From Candidatus Hodarchaeum mangrovi (GTDB taxonomy: Archaea; Asgardarchaeota; Heimdallarchaeia; Hodarchaeales; Hodarchaeaceae): a stretch of 21,068 nt of DNA. The translations under genes and the position numbers were made by a program. Below, one piece after another: positions 16,478 to 21,068 of the stretch. The stretch covers positions 1 through 21,068 of the forward strand of contig JAEOUE010000217.1 of assembly GCA_016839515.1 (NCBI GenBank), given 5' to 3'. The notes beneath the pieces were generated by a model. The model was not told the origin of the DNA. It searched no databases and worked only from the letters and a program-made list of their open reading frames with translations. Positions within the stretch are counted from its first letter, which is position 1. Each line of letters starts with the position of its first letter.

Positions 16478-17910
16478 TAAACTTGTCCTCCAAATGTTAC
16501 TTCTGAAAAGATTATTTTTGGTCCCCCATCACCCACTGGTAGAGGAAATTGGTCTCCTTTCCCACATCCTCCAAAATATCCAGAACCTAATTCTAATTCT
16601 TTTGTAGCTCCTTCAACTTTTGTAAGTAAGTTTAAAATGTTACCAGAAAGACTTACCTCCCGTAATGGGTATTTTATTTCTCCATTCTCCACCCAGTATC
16701 CCCTGACAGCTTTAAAGACAAAGTTCCCATCTCCTTCGACTTGGCCTCCATATGATTGTATGGCATAAATCCCAGTCCCGAGCTTTTCTAGAGCTTCCTC
16801 CTCAGTTAAGTCTCCAGGAGCAAAATATGTATTAGTCATCCTAGGAATAGCTTGAAAAGTGAAATTAATAGCACGACAATTGCCAGTTGGAGATTGGTTC
16901 AAATGTTTAGCTGTACCACGGTTGTGTAGATAGTGCTTTAAGATCCCTTTATTAACAATAACAGTCTCTTTTGCTTTCATTCCTTGATCATCAAAAGGTA
17001 CTAAAAGCCCCCCATGAGTTTTAATATCAGGTACGCCGTTGTCTATTATTGTAACTATATCAGTTCCTAAACGTTCACCGATCTTACCTGTAATGGGAGA
17101 CGCTTCAATAACAACAAAATCTGCCTCCGATAAATGACCAAAGGACTCATGTGCTAAAACTCCCGTTAATTCATTTTCACTCAGGGCACGAAACTTTCCA
17201 GCAGGGCAAGCTTTAGCTTCTAATTGCTCATTAGCATTTTTCGCAGCAATCGATCCAAAATCTTCAGGCGTTTTACCCTTTTCCTCAAATATTTCTAATC
17301 CTCTTGTCCCTCCAAATCCTTTAGCTCCTATAACAAGGTCTCCTTCCTCGGTTTTTGAAGTAACTCTACACCTAAGATCAATTACTTCAAATTCCCAGTC
17401 TATTATACTTTGATCTGAATTAGTGAATAATTTTTGACCAAACATTTCTCCATATAAGGTTCGAATATTTTTGACATTTTTTCCACCAACCTTTGCAGCC
17501 TCAGATGTTCGATCTACAAGATTAATCTTATAATCCAAATCACGAGAATTGGGGTGAATTTTGATTAAACTGCCAAATTGAGGACCTGATGATTTAGCAG
17601 TAATAGAGGGTAAAGGATCAAAATCTAAGGGTAATTGTACGCTTGGAGAAATGGATTTAGCGAGTTTAAAGGCACGGGTAACGGTATCCATAATTTCTTT
17701 TGACTCAAGGCTTGCAGTAAATGAGTAACCAGCTGCTCCTTTGTAATAACAAGTTACACCAATTCCAGAACGTTTCCGGGAAAGGATTTTACTGTAGTTT
17801 TCATTCATCTTTTCCAGAGTTCTGAGGGCTAGATCATCATATCGAACGTCAACGAAGTCTGAACCTAACTTTTCTCCGTACTCAACCCCTTTTTGTAATA
17901 ATTCGAGCAT
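16477..17910 (-). CDS. tldD: TldD metalloprotease
   Basis: HESFGHLSEAD zinc motif, FDDQG, PRMTNT, CGKG. TAATG overlap with pmbA. ATG 17910 follows AGGTG. Confidence 0.93.
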   Translation of the reverse strand: MLELLQKGVEYGEKLGSDFVDVRYDDLALRTLEKMNENYSKILSRKRSGIGVTCYYKGAAGYSFTASLESKEIMDTVTRAFKLAKSISPSVQLPLDFDPLPSITAKSSGPQFGSLIKIHPNSRDLDYKINLVDRTSEAAKVGGKNVKNIRTLYGEMFGQKLFTNSDQSIIDWEFEVIDLRCRVTSKTEEGDLVIGAKGFGGTRGLEIFEEKGKTPEDFGSIAAKNANEQLEAKACPAGKFRALSENELTGVLAHESFGHLSEADFVVIEASPITGKIGERLGTDIVTIIDNGVPDIKTHGGLLVPFDDQGMKAKETVIVNKGILKHYLHNRGTAKHLNQSPTGNCRAINFTFQAIPRMTNTYFAPGDLTEEEALEKLGTGIYAIQSYGGQVEGDGNFVFKAVRGYWVENGEIKYPLREVSLSGNILNLLTKVEGATKELELGSGYFGGCGKGDQFPLPVGDGGPKIIFSEVTFGGQV

Positions 17911-18018
17911 TCTGTACACCTTTTTTTTGAAAATAACGCATCAGATACTATATCTTATAAACAAGATTTGAGTAAGGGGAGAATTGAAAAGTATTTCCCT
18001 AAAGACTAAAGGTTCCTA

Positions 18019-18085
18019 TTACGGATTTCAAAAGTTTTCCAGTAGAGTTGGAAATCTTTTAATAACGGGTCATAGAATGCCGTAA
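18019..18085. other. Nested inverted repeat / predicted stem-loop in the tldD-SDR intergenic region
   Basis: AAAAGTTTTCCA (18030-18041) pairs with TGGAAATCTTTT (18049-18060) with one mismatch; outer TTACGG (18019-18024) pairs with CCGTAA (18080-18085). Confidence 0.5.
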
Positions 18086-18258
18086 AGTACTATTTGAGTG
18101 TTTTAAAATTGTTTTGTGACAATTAATTCTCTTAATAACAATTATTTACTAGGTAAAAAGCTATAATTGTCAACTCTATCAAAAGAAATATATTTATGAT
18201 AAAATAATGACAAGATTCAAGGGAAAGTAAAAATAAGCTAATATAGAGTGAATTCTTA

Positions 18259-19116
18259 ATGGAAAGTAAAACCATAATTATTACGGGACCTACCTCTGGA
18301 ATAGGTAAAGTAACAGCCCAAGAAATAGCTAAAATGGGGCACAATGTTATATTAGCCTGTCGTAATGAAGAGAAAGGAAAAAAATTAAAAGAAGAATTAC
18401 AATCGGTAAAAGATAACAGTAATATTGGCCTTTATTTACTCGATCTAGGATCTTTAACCTCCATCAAGGCAATGGCAAAAAATTTTCTCTCAGAGCACTC
18501 CGAATTGGATGTATTAATAAATAATGCTGGAACTTTTCAATATAAGAGGCGTTTATCAGTAGATGGATTTGAATTAACCTTTGCTGTAAATTATCTTGGT
18601 CCATTTTTACTCACTAACCTATTATTACCGATTTTAAAACAAAGTCCATCAGGCAGGATAGTAAATGTAGCTTCTGGACTACATAAGACCGCAACCCTTG
18701 ATTTATCAGATCTCCAAACTGAAAAAAGAAAATATCAGGGAATGAGTGTTTATGGAAGTTCTAAGCTGGCAAATGTGCTTTTTACTTATACACTGCATGA
18801 TCATCTTCGAGAAGAAGGAAATACGACCTTGTCCGTCAATGCTGTCCATCCTGGATTTATCCGTACAAATCTTAATCGTGAGGGAGGAAGCTTCTTCCAT
18901 CGATATATTTTCCACTATCTTCTCCGTCCCTTTATTACCAAATCCCCTGAAGTGGGTGCACAAACTTCTATTTACGTAGCGACTTCTCCCGAGGTTGAAG
19001 GAATTAGTGGTAAATATTTCGCTAAGTCTCAAATAACCCCTAGCTCTGAATTATCTCATGATAAAACGCTGCAAAAGAAATTATGGAATATCAGTTACGA
19101 ATTAACAAATATTTAA
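18259..19116 (+). CDS. Classical SDR, retinol dehydrogenase/WWOX-like subgroup
   Basis: TGPTSGIG, ACRN, LDL.SL, INNAG, VNYLG.FLLT, YGSSK, HPG, GAQT..Y.A. Confidence 0.92.
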   Translation: MESKTIIITGPTSGIGKVTAQEIAKMGHNVILACRNEEKGKKLKEELQSVKDNSNIGLYLLDLGSLTSIKAMAKNFLSEHSELDVLINNAGTFQYKRRLSVDGFELTFAVNYLGPFLLTNLLLPILKQSPSGRIVNVASGLHKTATLDLSDLQTEKRKYQGMSVYGSSKLANVLFTYTLHDHLREEGNTTLSVNAVHPGFIRTNLNREGGSFFHRYIFHYLLRPFITKSPEVGAQTSIYVATSPEVEGISGKYFAKSQITPSSELSHDKTLQKKLWNISYELTNI

Positions 19117-19121
19117 TCTGA

Positions 19122-19808
19122 TTAATTATCTCTATTTAGCAATTCATCCAATTTTTTTTCTAATTGAGCTAAACGCGTATCCAAAAGACTATTAATGTTC
19201 TGTAACTCCACGATTATTGCAGAAACATCAGCACTCTTTTTAGTAAGCCCTTCAGAGGTATCTAGATGAGAAGCTTGATAAGCACGTAATTGTGTTAAAA
19301 TATAATCTCGAACCTCCTTATAAACTCGAATTCCTTCAAGCTTTTCTTCAGGACCTGCTTCTAATGAGGAACTCGAAATACTTCCTCCTGCTGTTTGAAT
19401 CTCAACCGTACCAATCTGGAATAACCTATCAAATAGGCCAATTCGCATATCGATGTTTGTTACGGTTCTATAGGGCACATGCTTCTCAGTAATATTGATT
19501 AAACCTTTTTTAACAACAATTTCATGTCCATGGACAATAAAATACATGTTCCTAATATAAAGATACTCTCCAATTGTATATAATATTCCTCCTATTATCC
19601 AGAGCAAAAAATAAATGATCATTAATAAAAAGAATAGATCTTGAAGAACAGGCCCTCTTGCTTGATCTATTGAACTTAGAAAGGTAATAAATAACGATAA
19701 TGTTACTATCGTCGGAACTGATGTTACGAAGAATATTAAAAAAAATTGAAAATAATTTTTCCAGAGAAAATTTCGACTCGGGCGGATTATTCGGGGTTCT
19801 CTACTCAT
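19122..19808 (-). CDS. Membrane protein with bacterial PH domain (bPH_2, YdbS-like) and C-terminal coiled coil
   Basis: Two TM helices, then KKGLI...VPYRTVTNI...GLFDRLFQIGTVEIQTAG. Start at 19808, 19817 or 19826. Confidence 0.85.
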   Translation of the reverse strand: MSREPRIIRPSRNFLWKNYFQFFLIFFVTSVPTIVTLSLFITFLSSIDQARGPVLQDLFFLLMIIYFLLWIIGGILYTIGEYLYIRNMYFIVHGHEIVVKKGLINITEKHVPYRTVTNIDMRIGLFDRLFQIGTVEIQTAGGSISSSSLEAGPEEKLEGIRVYKEVRDYILTQLRAYQASHLDTSEGLTKKSADVSAIIVELQNINSLLDTRLAQLEKKLDELLNRDN

Positions 19809-20370
19809 TTTGTTCATTCCTCTCACGCAATAAGATTAATTTAAGAATTTCATCAAACTTCTTTGGTATTGATGGCTGAGTCAGGTCATTTGAATTTATT
19901 CCATGCTCCTTACTAAACTGATGTAAGATATTATTACAATCTTTTTCACAATCATCATTTCTACAGGAATGTTCTTGCCAATGTAGTAAACTTTCTTTAG
20001 TAGGGGAGTAAAACAGATAAACAAAACGATCATCTCGGAAATCATACCCTCTTAATATTCCATGATTAATTAATAAATTAAAATCTTTTTCACTTCGATC
20101 ACGCTCCTCTTTAGTTATCCCTTGAGGAGAATAATCTAAAAAAGATTCGTCAGCACGAGTAAGAAGTTCTTTACGCAATTTTTTTAAAGCTAATGATTTA
20201 AATTTCGAGATAGATCTTATATCTACTTCCTTCTGCATCCTTCCATCTTTCTCTAATCGACTCCATGTTTGACGTTCCTCATTAAGAATTTTAGGGATAT
20301 CTTTCAGATCTGTTCCTTGAAAAAATTCTTTCAGAACCAAATTTTCGGAATCAGTAAGAAAAATGACCAA
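19801..20370 (-). CDS. Putative archaeal HTH regulator with C-terminal His/Cys metal-binding motif
   Basis: GTDLKDIPKILNEERQTWS is HTH-like; GILRGY...VYLFY...WQEHSC-x4-C-x3-C...EHGI. TTG 20370 follows SD GGTG; the ORF track start is 20442. Confidence 0.5.
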   Translation of the reverse strand: MVIFLTDSENLVLKEFFQGTDLKDIPKILNEERQTWSRLEKDGRMQKEVDIRSISKFKSLALKKLRKELLTRADESFLDYSPQGITKEERDRSEKDFNLLINHGILRGYDFRDDRFVYLFYSPTKESLLHWQEHSCRNDDCEKDCNNILHQFSKEHGINSNDLTQPSIPKKFDEILKLILLRERNEQNE

Positions 20371-20464
20371 AAAAGCTACACCAATCTTATTACTATTTTT
20401 AGTAAGGAAATATTTTATCCCTTTAAAAAAATAGCGATTCAAACAAATAAATTAATTATTTCGG

Positions 20465-21068
20465 CTAATCAATAGAAATACGTGATTTCTCTCTCTGATT
20501 AAATTTTATTAGATACTTTACTCCTTTTTTCCGTAAATATGCAAGCGTAGTATCAAAATTAAATGCTATGTCTTCAGGTGTATGCGCATCTGACCCTAAT
20601 GTTAAAGGAATTTCTCTATTTATTAATTCACTTATAATTTCATTACTAGGATAAGGTTCACCGATGAATTTTCTAAATCCTGAAGTATTAATTTCCACAA
20701 CCATCTCAGAGGATTCAATATGGTCAAGGACGGTCAGAACCTTTTGCCATACTAAGTTTGTATCCATTGGAAGTAAACCATACTTTTTAGGAACGTCCAA
20801 ATGACCTATGATATCATAAAATCTCGTCTGAACCAATTCAATTAGCGAATCATAATATGAAACGTAAACATAATCAATTCCTGCTTCTTTGATTTGCGGA
20901 ATGGCGACACTTTCGTCAATTGGCAAAACACTGGTTTTAGGAGTGGTAATCGCATGTATTGACCCTATTAAATAATCAAGATCATCCATAAACGGTTTTA
21001 AAGCTTTTTTATAGTCAGAAAAACTTTTTTTGAAATAATCAACCTCAGTAGCAATCTTGATCGTGATG
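20465..21068 (-). CDS. hisJ: Histidinol-phosphatase HisJ-family PHP hydrolase, 5'-truncated by the window edge
   Basis: The frame is open to the window end (IKIATEVDY), then DYLIGSIH, GHLD, EINTSG, GSDAH. Confidence 0.88.
   Translation of the reverse strand, partial: ITIKIATEVDYFKKSFSDYKKALKPFMDDLDYLIGSIHAITTPKTSVLPIDESVAIPQIKEAGIDYVYVSYYDSLIELVQTRFYDIIGHLDVPKKYGLLPMDTNLVWQKVLTVLDHIESSEMVVEINTSGFRKFIGEPYPSNEIISELINREIPLTLGSDAHTPEDIAFNFDTTLAYLRKKGVKYLIKFNQREKSRISID

Noticed and set aside
15077-17910. tldD/pmbA as part of a RiPP (microcin-like) cluster
   Set aside because: No precursor peptide, YcaO or radical SAM gene is in the window, and TldD/PmbA pairs are common in archaea.
18019-18085. 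Possible SECIS element (minus strand has ATGA...stem...GA)
   Set aside because: ATGA is 9 nt from the stem rather than forming the tandem GA core, the element is not 3' of a gene, and I found no in-frame TGA at a conserved Cys position in any neighbouring gene.
2872-20475. Short overlapping ORFs in the track (2872, 6286, 9036, 10243, 10631, 13460, 13587, 15382, 15500, 15817, 18132, 18706, 18746, 19292, 20269)
   Set aside because: They are antisense or alternate-frame shadows of well-supported genes and have no recognisable motifs.
1-21068. CRISPR arrays, tRNA/rRNA genes, IS elements, long tandem repeats
   Set aside because: None seen. Intergenic gaps are short (largest about 350 bp) and show no regular repeats or cloverleaf motifs.

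Overview
AT-rich, gene-dense chromosomal window of about 21 protein-coding genes, mostly on the minus strand. I saw no rRNA, tRNA, CRISPR array or mobile element. Archaeal-type signals (TrmB regulator, TATA boxes, GGTGAT-like Shine-Dalgarno motifs, oligo-T ends), B-box/zinc-ribbon membrane proteins and a very eukaryote-like RpiA suggest an archaeon, probably Asgard (inference, not proven). Gene content in order: a Cys-rich TrmB regulator divergent from a thioredoxin-fold gene; a NapH-like polyferredoxin and an internally duplicated membrane protein divergent from a wHTH/methyltransferase-fold protein; isochorismatase; an ATL-AKR-APH cluster; an rpiA-phnN-IMPase operon; acyl-CoA ligase; B-box protein; extended SDR with a Zn ribbon; Zn-finger/degenerate Mrr-like protein; tldD/pmbA; RDH-type SDR; bPH_2 protein; HTH regulator; partial HisJ-type PHP phosphatase. 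The most notable observations are (1) two genes whose conserved N-terminal domains extend past any ATG/GTG/TTG and appear to start at ATC or ATT at the same SD spacing as neighbouring genes, (2) a candidate redox/metal-sensing TrmB-thioredoxin switch with a TACT-N3-AGTA operator, and (3) a PhnN-like kinase outside any phn cluster, coupled to a eukaryote-like RpiA.
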